The notes: generated by a model not told the origin, from the letters alone. A stretch of DNA of 64,000 bases from Burkholderiaceae bacterium (GCA_035716845.1 DASTJE010000259.1:2638-66637), one strand, 5' to 3'. Shown: positions 8,346 through 16,639, numbered from the stretch's first letter. Program-made: numbers and translations.

Positions 8346-9410
8346 ATGTTCTCCACCGCCGACCTGTTCGCCGACACCGCGCCGGCCGCCCCCGCCCGCA
8401 CCCCCGAGGCCGCGACGGCCTTCGAGATCGGCTGGGACTACGCGCACTTCCGCCTCACGCCACCGGCCGACGCGCTGGCCGACGCCCACCCGGTGCGCCA
8501 GGGCTGGCAGGCCGGCCAGGCCGTGTTCGGCACCCGCACGCTCAAGCCCACGACGCACGTGCGCAAGTGGCTCCAGCTGCGCCTGAACGCCTGGCGCCGC
8601 GGCAAGGCCTTCGAGGGCGTGCAGGTGACGCCGAACTTCCTGGCGCAGATCGACGTGCCGGTGTGCCCGATCACGCGTGTGGAGCTGACCCACGCCAGCG
8701 GCGCCGGCAGCGACGCCTCGGTCGACCGCGTCTGCAATGGGGCCGGCTACGCCGCGGGCAACCTGGCCGTGATGAGCGCGCGCGCCAACGAGGCCAAGGC
8801 CGACCTCGACTGGCGCGAGGCGCTCGCGGTGGTGCGCCAGCTCGAGGCCTCCGGCCTGGACACGCTCGACGGCCTGACGCCGCTGCACTGGTCGCGCCTG
8901 GCGGTGCTGATGAGCTTCGTCACCGCCCTGCCCCACGCCGAGGCGGCCTGCCTGCCGCTGCTGGTGCTGCCGCCGAACCGGCTGCGCGTGCTCAATCCGG
9001 TGCAGGCCCTGCAGGCCATCGTCACGCGCACCTTCACCGAGGCCGAGGCCGTGCCGCGCCTGCGCGCCCTGATGGCGCACCTGCCGGCCGCGGCGCGGCA
9101 CGACTTCCAGGTCTTCGTGCTGACGCTGCAGGCACGCCGCCTCGCGCTGGGCATGCGCCTGGCCGGCCTCGAACTGCGCCATGCGCTGGAGGACCTGTGG
9201 CGCGACGCCGCGGTCAACCGGCGCTGGCAGCGCTTCGCCCTGCAGCTCGACGCGGACGGCTGCGAGCGCGTGCTGCGCGTCGCGGCGCGACGCAGCCTCG
9301 GCGGCAAGGGCTGGCGCTGGCTGCCGCGCTCGAGCGCCACCGAGGGCTGGGCGCTCGACCGTGCCGGGCACAGCGCACCACGCCGCCCGCCGGTCAAGGC
9401 CCCGGCCTGA
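8346..9410 (+). CDS. Uncharacterised protein with a degenerate HNH-like motif
   Basis: It lies within ORF 8247..9410. I prefer the ATG at 8346 (MFSTADLF) because the 8247 start would place both operator palindromes inside the coding sequence. The motif is CPITRVELT..SVDRVCNGAGYAAGNLAVMSARANEAKAD. The rest is Leu/Ala/Arg-rich and helical, with no motif I recognise. Confidence 0.6.
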   Translation: MFSTADLFADTAPAAPARTPEAATAFEIGWDYAHFRLTPPADALADAHPVRQGWQAGQAVFGTRTLKPTTHVRKWLQLRLNAWRRGKAFEGVQVTPNFLAQIDVPVCPITRVELTHASGAGSDASVDRVCNGAGYAAGNLAVMSARANEAKADLDWREALAVVRQLEASGLDTLDGLTPLHWSRLAVLMSFVTALPHAEAACLPLLVLPPNRLRVLNPVQALQAIVTRTFTEAEAVPRLRALMAHLPAAARHDFQVFVLTLQARRLALGMRLAGLELRHALEDLWRDAAVNRRWQRFALQLDADGCERVLRVAARRSLGGKGWRWLPRSSATEGWALDRAGHSAPRRPPVKAPA

Positions 9411-9453
9411 ACCGGTGCGCCATCGCCATGGGCGCCGCCCCTACCATCGCGGC

Positions 9454-10563
9454 GTGAGCACGACGGCATTCGATGTGATCGTGGTGGGCGCGGGCATCGC
9501 CGGCGCGTCCGTGGCCGCCCACCTGGCGCCGCACCTGCGCGTGGCCCTGCTGGAGCGCGAGCCGCAGCCGGGCTGGCACAGCACCGGCCGCTCGGCGGCG
9601 ATGTTCATGGAGAGCTATGGCCCGGCGCAGGTGCGCGCGCTGACGCGCGCGAGCCGCCGCGCGTTCGAGGCCCTGCCCGGCGCGCTCGCGCCGCGCGGTG
9701 CGCTCTTCGTGGGGCGAGCCGGCCAGGCCGACGCGATCGAGGCCCTGCAGTCGGCGCTGGCCACCGAGGGCGCCCCCGCACGCCGCCTGGGCGCCGAGGC
9801 GGCGTGCGCCCTCGTGCCCGCGCTGCGGGCCGAAGCGGCCGCGCACGCGCTGCTCGATCCGTCGGCCGCCGACCTCGACGTGCACGCGGTGCACCAGCAT
9901 TTCCTGCGCCAGGTGAGCGCGCAGGGCTCGGTGCTGAAGTGCGATGCCGAAGTGACGGCGCTGTCGCGTACCGGCGCCGACTGGACGCTGGCCCTGGCCG
10001 ACGGCAGCACGTGGCGCGCCGCAGTGGTCGTGAACGCGGCCGGCGCCTGGGCCGACGAGCTGGCCGCGCGCGCCGGCGTGACGCCGCTGGGGCTGCAGCC
10101 ACGGCGCCGCAGCGCCTTCACGTTCGCGCCGCCCGCGGGCGTCGACGTACGGGCGTGGCCCTGCGTGGCGGGCATCGACGAGGACTTCTACTTCAAGCCC
10201 GACGCCGGCGTGCTGCTCGGCTCGCCGGCCAACGCCGACCCCGTGCCGCCGCACGACGTGGTGGCCGAGGAGCTCGACGTGGCCACCGGCATCGCGCGCA
10301 TCGAGGAGGCCACCACGCTGGCGATCCGACGCCCGCTGCGCACCTGGGCCGGACTGCGCAGCTTCGTGGCCGACGGCGCGCTGGTGGGGAGCTTCGACGA
10401 CGCCGTGCCCGGTTTCTTCTGGTGCTGCGGCCAGGGCGGCTACGGCATCCAGACCAGCCCGGCCATGGGTGCAGCCTGCGCAGCGCGCATCCTGGGCCAG
10501 GCGTTGCCGCCATGGATCGCCGACGAGGGACTCGCCTTCGACGACCTGCGATGCCGGCGCTGA
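9454..10563 (+). CDS. FAD-dependent oxidoreductase (DAO / glycine-D-amino-acid oxidase-like)
   Basis: It lies within ORF 9181..10563, with a GTG at 9454 giving VSTTAFDVIVVGAGIAGASVAAHL (Rossmann GxGxxG). The C-terminal CGQGGYGIQTSPA is typical of the DAO family. Confidence 0.85.
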   Translation: MSTTAFDVIVVGAGIAGASVAAHLAPHLRVALLEREPQPGWHSTGRSAAMFMESYGPAQVRALTRASRRAFEALPGALAPRGALFVGRAGQADAIEALQSALATEGAPARRLGAEAACALVPALRAEAAAHALLDPSAADLDVHAVHQHFLRQVSAQGSVLKCDAEVTALSRTGADWTLALADGSTWRAAVVVNAAGAWADELAARAGVTPLGLQPRRRSAFTFAPPAGVDVRAWPCVAGIDEDFYFKPDAGVLLGSPANADPVPPHDVVAEELDVATGIARIEEATTLAIRRPLRTWAGLRSFVADGALVGSFDDAVPGFFWCCGQGGYGIQTSPAMGAACAARILGQALPPWIADEGLAFDDLRCRR

Positions 10564-10585
10564 GCGCGCGCCCTAGACTCGGGCC

Positions 10586-10990
10586 ATGCGCGACCTCGAG
10601 TACTTCCGCACCCTCGGCGAGGGCCACCTGCCCGGCCACCTGGGCATCGTCATCACCGGCCTGGGCGAGCGCGAGCTGCGCGCCGAACTGCCAGTGACGC
10701 CGCAGCTGATGGCGCCCAACGGCTTCCTGCACGCCGGCAGCATCGTGACGCTGGCCGACACCTGCGCGGGCTACGGCTGCCTGGCCCACCTGCCCGCGGG
10801 CGCACGCGGCTTCACCACCCTGGAACTCAAGAGCAACCACCTCGGCACCGCGCGCGACGGCACGCTCGACTGCGTGGCCAGCGCCGTGCACCTCGGCCGC
10901 ACCACACAGGTGTGGGACGCGACGGTGACGCACCGCGACAGCGGCAAGACCCTGGCCCTGTTCCGCTGCACTCAGATGGTGCTGTACTGA
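10586..10990 (+). CDS. PaaI-family hotdog-fold thioesterase
   Basis: ORF 10586..10990. The motif NGFLHAGSIVTLADTCAGYGC and the 134-aa size fit the family. Confidence 0.85.
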   Translation: MRDLEYFRTLGEGHLPGHLGIVITGLGERELRAELPVTPQLMAPNGFLHAGSIVTLADTCAGYGCLAHLPAGARGFTTLELKSNHLGTARDGTLDCVASAVHLGRTTQVWDATVTHRDSGKTLALFRCTQMVLY

Positions 10991-11504
10991 ATGCGGCTTC
11001 CGACGCGGCCCTGAGGCCTCCTGCAGGAGCTCGATCTCATCGCCACGAGGCGGTACTCGATGCCGGGGTCTTCGATTCGGAGGTCAACGAAGGCTTCGCG
11101 TGTTGCGTGTTTCATCGCCAAGTGCGTCTCAACGGGCTCTGGCGTCTCGACGGCAGCGCGGCTGCGCCGCGCGCCAGGTCCGAGGCCCGCGACCGCCGCC
11201 CACGGTGATCCCGCACGTCACGAAGGAGCACACCATGCACGGCCGCCCTGACCCCGCATCCTGCCGTCGAGATCGGCGCTTTCCGCTGGGGTGCTTGGCT
11301 GCGGCAGGCGCAGGATCAGCTTGCGGCGGACGCCGACGAGCGTTCTCTCCGCGGCACGCATGGCCCGGGCGACCTGGCGTGGCGACTGCCCGATCCGGAG
11401 GCACCGCGGTCGCGCCTGCGCAGCCGCCTCGACAGATCGAGCGTCGCTGCGGTCAACCCGAAGCGGGAAAGGCAAGAGTCAAGCCCGCGCACGAGCAAGG
11501 CGGC

Positions 11505-11768
11505 TCATCCCAGGGCCATGCTCGCAAGCGCCAGGAGCAGCGCTCCCGCCACGGCAAGCCACAGCACCAAGCATTTCGGATGGGTGCGTTCGGCCGTCGA
11601 GTAGCGCAAGTCGCTTGCGGCCGAGACTCGACCGCAAGCATCGCAACGCGCCTGTGTGGCCATGTCAGGAACCGCTGGAGCGGGGACGAGCGTCGAGACC
11701 GCCACCTCGGCCCAGGAGCGCTGTGCGGGCATGGACGCGCCGCAGCGAGGGCAGTGCAGTGACACCAT
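11505..11768 (-). CDS. Hypothetical zinc-ribbon protein with a C-terminal TM helix
   Basis: It lies within ORF 11505..11846. The start was taken at MVSLHCPRCG, 24 nt after the stop of the upstream gene. It has CPRC...CDAC pairs and a hydrophobic tail (LVLWLAVAGALLLALASMAL). Confidence 0.4.
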   Translation of the reverse strand: MVSLHCPRCGASMPAQRSWAEVAVSTLVPAPAVPDMATQARCDACGRVSAASDLRYSTAERTHPKCLVLWLAVAGALLLALASMALG

Positions 11769-11791
11769 GGGGTGCGCCCTCTGCCGCCGGC

Positions 11792-12238
11792 TCAGGGAGC
11801 GAACTGGAGTTGGAGCGGCGGCGAGATCGTCACTGACCCGATCCACGTTCTGGAGCGGCGCGCGAGCCGGCCCTCCATGGGCTCATCGTCGAAATCGGTC
11901 GCCACTTCAGGAGCGGAGAAATGGTGGTCGACCATCGATTGCGAGCGCACCACCGCCCTGAGTCGACCTTCGATCATGCTGATTGCGGCAGTCAGCACCC
12001 CACACCGCGAGCAGAGGATCCAGTGCGACGTTCGCTGGCCGAACTGATACACGCTGACGCGTGCCGGATCAAGACAGTTCAACTCCAATGTCGCTTGCGG
12101 ATCGGAGATCCAACTGGCGCCGTGGCGACGACACATGGTGCAGCCGCAACGCCGCGGGACCAGGCTGCGCTCGCTTTGCTGCGTCAGCAAGGTGAAACCC
12201 ACGTTGCCGCAGTGGCAACCTCCCCTGAGTGCGTTCAT
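11792..12238 (-). CDS. GFA-family protein (glutathione-dependent formaldehyde-activating / CENP-V fold)
   Basis: It lies within ORF 11792..12259. The start was taken at MNALRGGCHCGNV, which has a GGAGAG Shine-Dalgarno 6 nt upstream. Cys-rich zinc motifs are present (CHCG, CGCTMCRRHG, CSRCG). Confidence 0.8.
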   Translation of the reverse strand: MNALRGGCHCGNVGFTLLTQQSERSLVPRRCGCTMCRRHGASWISDPQATLELNCLDPARVSVYQFGQRTSHWILCSRCGVLTAAISMIEGRLRAVVRSQSMVDHHFSAPEVATDFDDEPMEGRLARRSRTWIGSVTISPPLQLQFAP

Positions 12239-12251
12239 CGGTACTCTCCGT

Positions 12252-12972
12252 TCATGCATCGAAGGCCAGGATCGCTCGTACCTCGATGCTCCGGCGTGGC
12301 GGCGCGTCGGGTGCTGCTGCGGGATTTTCGAAGCCAGTGTGCGCGGTATGGCAGGTGCGGCCGTCGGCGGCGGAATCGAAGCACTTGAGCAGCATCGCCT
12401 CGTCGTTGCGGATGCCGCCGACGTAGAACCAGCCTTGTCCGGCAGAGTCGGTGCAGCGGCAGCCCTCGCCGACGCGATCGGCGTAGATCATGTCCACGGC
12501 CACATGGTCGGCCGGCGGCATTGAACGCCCGTTCGCCGCGGCCAGTGGAAAGCGCTCGGCCGACGCACCGATGGGTCGCCACACATTCACCAGCGCCATC
12601 TTGCCGGCCGCAAGGCACGCCGCGTCCAATACGGGCAAGAGGTCGCGCACCCGCTGCCATGCCGACCGCTCCGTGAATCCGTTGTGCACAAAGGCGACGG
12701 GCTCCCGCAGGCCGGTGCCTGCCCCATGGGATTCGGCTTGCACACGCACGCTCTGGTCGAAGACCCAGACGTCCCTCGCGATCGAGGGTCGGCGGCTTGA
12801 CCAGGTGCCGCGCGACGTGGATCACGACGGGCACCGCCTCGCAAGTGCCGGTGCGCTCGACGTGATCGGCAGGACCTGAAGGCATCAGATCCTTGGGCTT
12901 CGCTTCCGATCGCAAGAGGAACATCGGCGCGGCCTCGATGGCACGGGGGGTCGCCGGTGACTTCGTGAACAT
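12252..12972 (-). pseudogene. CmcJ/NvfI-family oxidoreductase-like gene interrupted by a +1 frameshift
   Basis: The N-terminal part (MFTKSP...VPVVIHVARHLVKPPTLDREG) is in the frame of ORF 12235..13038. The C-terminal part (VFDQSVRVQ...LVNVWRPIG...) is in the frame of ORF 12252..12749. The frames switch at about 12762-12775. Confidence 0.6.
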
Positions 12973-13034
12973 GCCGCGTCCTTCGTTTGAAATGACGATA
13001 GGCGATCGACCGATCCGCGGAAACGGAGACTTCC

Positions 13035-13049
13035 GCAATTCGACTTTGC
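13035..13049. promoter_or_regulatory. GCAA-N7-TTGC inverted repeat, a candidate LysR-type box
   Basis: Read from the sequence in the 107-bp divergent region between the CmcJ-like gene and the LysR gene. The arms are short, so support is weak. Confidence 0.25.
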
Positions 13050-13079
13050 AGTTTCCGGAGAACCAGCCAAACTCCAGCC

Positions 13080-13976
13080 ATGCAGTTGCGGCTCGACGAC
13101 ATGGCCTTGTTCGTCCGCGTCGCCGAACTCGGCACGCTGTCGGCGGCAGCGCGCGAGCGCGACATGCCGGTCAGCCAGGTCACGCGCTCACTCGCCCGTC
13201 TGGAAGCCCACTGTGGTGCACGTCTGATGCATCGCAGTACCCATGGTCTGAGCCTCACCGACGAAGGCGACACCGTGCTGGCGTACGGCCGCCGCCTTCT
13301 GGAGACGGCAGGCGAACTGGACGGTGCGTTGACCGGCCGCGTCGGCGGGCCGAGCGGCTGGGTACGCGTGAGCGTCAGTCTGGTGGTCGCCGAGACGGTG
13401 ATCGCGCCGAGCCTGGCGGGTCTGTACGAACGCCATCCGCAACTTCACGTCGATCTGACCGCCGACGACCGTGTGGTCGATCTGGCGCGCGACGGCATCG
13501 ACGTCGCGATCCGCACCGGCGAACTCGGCAACGACAGCCTCGTGGCGCGCCGGCTCGGTCACTTCGGTCGCACGGTCGTGGCGTCGCCGAGCTACATCGA
13601 GCGCTTCGGCGCTCCGAAGAACGTGTCGGATCTGGAGCGGCATCGCCTGATCACCTTCACGGCCAATCCGCAGATGAACCGGTGGCCGCTCAGCGGCATG
13701 CACAAGCCGGGCGTCTACCAGGCCCGCGGCCATACGCGCAGCGACAGCATCACACTGACGCTGGCGCTGGCACGGCAGGGTGTCGGCATCGCGCGGGTGA
13801 TGGACCTGCTGGCCCTTCCGCTCATCCATCGCGGCGAGCTCGTTGCGCTGCTGCAGGACCAGATCGACCCTCAGATCGTGCCGATCCACGCGCTGATCCT
13901 GCAGGAGAGGCACCGACTGCCCAAGGTGCGCGCCTGCATCGACTACTGGGCCGAATGGCTGTCGCGCCAGGCATGA
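13080..13976 (+). CDS. LysR-family transcriptional regulator
   Basis: ORF 13080..13976. The N-terminal HTH is MALFVRVAELGTLSAAARERDMPVSQVTRSLARLE, and the 298-aa length is typical. Confidence 0.9.
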   Translation: MQLRLDDMALFVRVAELGTLSAAARERDMPVSQVTRSLARLEAHCGARLMHRSTHGLSLTDEGDTVLAYGRRLLETAGELDGALTGRVGGPSGWVRVSVSLVVAETVIAPSLAGLYERHPQLHVDLTADDRVVDLARDGIDVAIRTGELGNDSLVARRLGHFGRTVVASPSYIERFGAPKNVSDLERHRLITFTANPQMNRWPLSGMHKPGVYQARGHTRSDSITLTLALARQGVGIARVMDLLALPLIHRGELVALLQDQIDPQIVPIHALILQERHRLPKVRACIDYWAEWLSRQA

Positions 13977-14121
13977 ATTCGGCGGCCGGCATGCCGTCGG
14001 CACCGACGTCGGCTGGTTTGCCATCCCGGTGTTCGCCACTGAGCGAAAAGCAGTCGACGGCCTCAGTCAGCTTGCGGCCGACAGCGACCCTATCGCGTCC
14101 CGCAGGGATTGCGCGTGGCCG

Positions 14122-14670
14122 TCAGCCTTCGAGGCCCAGCGCGACGCGTGCGTCGTACTCGCGGTCGAGCATCGACATCACCACGAGCGAGTCGTAGCCG
14201 TCGCCGGCGCGCACGCTCTCGCGCAGGCGGCCCTCCTCGACGAATCCTTCGCTGGCGTAGAGGGCCAGCGCACGCTGGTTGAGCGTCTTGACGTCGAGCC
14301 AGAACCGGTGCGACTTGAGATCGCGGAAGGCCATGCGCTTGAGCAGGCGCACGCAGGCCCGGCCCCGCCCCTGGCCCTGCCCGGGGCGCTGCAGCACGAT
14401 GCGCTTGAGTTCGACGCTGCGGTTGGGGTTGCGGCAGCCCTGCAGGATCACGAAACCGGTGCGTTCGTAGTCGTCGCCCACCTCGATCACGAAATGACGC
14501 GTGTCGGGGATGCGGACCGCGCTCTCGTGCTGCGTACGCTCCCAGGGGGTGATGAAGGGCAGGTTGGCCGGATCGGTCTCGATCGACACCACCCAGTCGA
14601 GATCGGACAGCATGGTGGGCCGCAGGTGCACCCGCGGCGTGGCCTTCGGTGCTGCGGTGGGCTCAGACAT
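14122..14670 (-). CDS. GNAT-family N-acetyltransferase
   Basis: ORF 14122..14670. It carries the acetyl-CoA motif QRPGQGQGRGRA and ALALYASEGFVEEG. Its start overlaps the parE stop by 8 nt (ATGTCTGA). Confidence 0.85.
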   Translation of the reverse strand: MSEPTAAPKATPRVHLRPTMLSDLDWVVSIETDPANLPFITPWERTQHESAVRIPDTRHFVIEVGDDYERTGFVILQGCRNPNRSVELKRIVLQRPGQGQGRGRACVRLLKRMAFRDLKSHRFWLDVKTLNQRALALYASEGFVEEGRLRESVRAGDGYDSLVVMSMLDREYDARVALGLEG

Positions 14671-16639
14671 CGACGTCCACCGTGTCGCCGTGCAGTTCCA
14701 TCAGCTCGCGCCGCGCGGCAGCCTCGCCCTTGCCCATCAGCCTGGTCAAGGCCTCGGTGGTGGCAGACAGGCCCTGCGCCGCGAAGCTCACCTGCAGCAA
14801 TCGCCGCGTGTCCGGGTTGAGCGTCGTCTCCCACAGCTGTTCCGCGCTCATCTCGCCCAGGCCCTTGAAACGGCTGATGGCCCACGCGCCCTCGCGCGCG
14901 CCCTCCTTGCGCAGCTTGTCGAGCGTGGCGTCGAGCTCGCCGTCGTCGAGCGCGTAGATCTTGGCCGCCGGCTTCTTGCCGCGCGCCGGCGCGTCGACAC
15001 GGTACAGCGGCGGCTTGGCCACGTGGACATGGCCGCGTTCGATCAGCTTCGGGAAGTGGCGGAAGAACAGCGTGAGCAGCAGCACCTGGATGTGCGAACC
15101 GTCGACGTCGGCGTCGGACAGGATGCACACCTTGCCGTAGCGCAGGCCCGAGAGGTCGGGCTCGTCGGCCGGGCCGTGCGGGTCGACGCCCAGCGCCACC
15201 GCGATGTCGTGGATCTCGGTGTTCTTGAACAGCAGGTCGCGTTCGACCTCCCAGGCGTTGAGCACCTTCCCGCGCAAGGGCAGGATGGCCTGAGTCTCCT
15301 TGTCGCGTCCCATCTTGGCGCTGCCACCGGCCGAGTCGCCCTCGACGAGGAACACCTCGTTGAACGCGAGGTCGCGGCTCTCGCAGTCGGTGAGCTTGCC
15401 CGGCAGCACGGCCACGCCCGAACCCTTGCGCTTCTCGACCTTCTGGCTCGCGCGCTGGCGAGTCTGCGCCTGCTTGATCACGAGCTCGGCGAGCTTGCGG
15501 CCGTACTCGACATGCTGGTGCAGCCACAGCTCGAAGGCCGGCCGCGTGTAGCCGGAGACCAGCCGCAGCGCGTCGCGCGAGTTCAGCCGCTCCTTGGTCT
15601 GGCCCTGGAACTGCGGGTCGAGCACCTTGGCCGAGAGGACGAAGCTGGCGCGCGAGAACACGTCCTCGGGCATCAGCTTGACCCCCTTGGGCTGCAGCGC
15701 ATGCAGTTCGATGAAGCCCTTGACGGCGGCGAACAGGCCGTCCTTCAGCCCCGCCTCGTGCGTGCCCCCTGCCACCGTGGGGATGAGGTTGACGTAGCTC
15801 TCGCGCAGCGTGGCGCCTTCCTCGGTGAAGGCCACGCACCACGCGGCGCCCTCGCCCTCGGCGTTGTTCTCGGCGTCCCCGGCCTCGGCGTAGTGCTCGC
15901 CCTCGAAGAGCGGAATCAAGGGGTCGGCCGCGAGGCTTTGCTGCAGGTAGTCGGCCAGACCCTTCTTGTACTGCCAGGTCTGCGTCTCGCCGCTCTTCTC
16001 GTGCGCGAGCGTGACCACCACGCCGGGCATCAGCACCGCCTTGCTGCGCAGCAGGTGGGTCAACTCGTGCCGCGGCAGCTCGGCGCTGTCGAAGTACTTC
16101 GGGTCGGGCCACACGCGCACCGATGTGCCCTGCCTGCGATCGCCTGCGGCGGCCTTGCGCAGCGCCAGCGGCTCGACCACGTCGCCGCCCGAGAAGGCGA
16201 TGGTCGCCACCTGGCCTTCGCGGAACACCGTCACCGCGAGCCGCCTGGCCAGCGCATTGGTGACGCTGACGCCCACGCCGTGCAGGCCGCCCGAGAAGCT
16301 GTAGGCCCCGCCCGCGCCCTTGTCGAACTTGCCCCCGGCGTGCAGCCGCGTGTAGACGATCTCCAGCACGGGCACCTGCTCCTCGGGATGCAGGCCGAAG
16401 GGGATGCCACGGCCGTCGTCCTCGACGCTGACCGATCCGTCGGCGTGCTGGATGACGGCGATGCGCCTGCCGAAGCCCGCCAGCGCCTCGTCGGCGGCGT
16501 TGTCGATGACTTCCTGCACGATGTGCAGCGGGCTGTCGGTGCGGGTGTACATGCCCGGACGCTGCTTCACGGGCTCGAGGCCCTTGAGGACGCGGATCGA
16601 TTCCTCGGCGTACTTCGGCGGGGTCTTGGCGCTCGGCAT
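14663..16639 (-). CDS. parE: DNA topoisomerase IV subunit B
   Basis: It lies within ORF 14663..16714. The start was taken at MPSAKTPPKYAEESIRVLKGLEPVKQRPGMYT. GHKL and Toprim motifs are present (EVIDNAADEA, LVEGDSAGGSAK, DADVDGSHI). Confidence 0.95.
   Translation of the reverse strand: MPSAKTPPKYAEESIRVLKGLEPVKQRPGMYTRTDSPLHIVQEVIDNAADEALAGFGRRIAVIQHADGSVSVEDDGRGIPFGLHPEEQVPVLEIVYTRLHAGGKFDKGAGGAYSFSGGLHGVGVSVTNALARRLAVTVFREGQVATIAFSGGDVVEPLALRKAAAGDRRQGTSVRVWPDPKYFDSAELPRHELTHLLRSKAVLMPGVVVTLAHEKSGETQTWQYKKGLADYLQQSLAADPLIPLFEGEHYAEAGDAENNAEGEGAAWCVAFTEEGATLRESYVNLIPTVAGGTHEAGLKDGLFAAVKGFIELHALQPKGVKLMPEDVFSRASFVLSAKVLDPQFQGQTKERLNSRDALRLVSGYTRPAFELWLHQHVEYGRKLAELVIKQAQTRQRASQKVEKRKGSGVAVLPGKLTDCESRDLAFNEVFLVEGDSAGGSAKMGRDKETQAILPLRGKVLNAWEVERDLLFKNTEIHDIAVALGVDPHGPADEPDLSGLRYGKVCILSDADVDGSHIQVLLLTLFFRHFPKLIERGHVHVAKPPLYRVDAPARGKKPAAKIYALDDGELDATLDKLRKEGAREGAWAISRFKGLGEMSAEQLWETTLNPDTRRLLQVSFAAQGLSATTEALTRLMGKGEAAARRELMELHGDTVDVDV

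Noticed and set aside
10972-11112. A 47-codon minus-strand ORF (MKHATREAFVDLRIEDPGIEYRLVAMRSSS...) overlapping the 3' end of the thioesterase gene
   Set aside because: The first ~25 residues look protein-like, perhaps a remnant N-terminus. The rest is low quality and runs into the PaaI coding sequence. There is no recognisable family and it is too short to support.
11100-11762. A 220-aa plus-strand ORF, including an internal ATG at 11235 with a good GAAGGAG Shine-Dalgarno
   Set aside because: The translation is Arg/Gly/Ala/Cys-rich with no hydrophobic core or motif. It overlaps the more plausible minus-strand zinc-ribbon gene and the HTH remnant.
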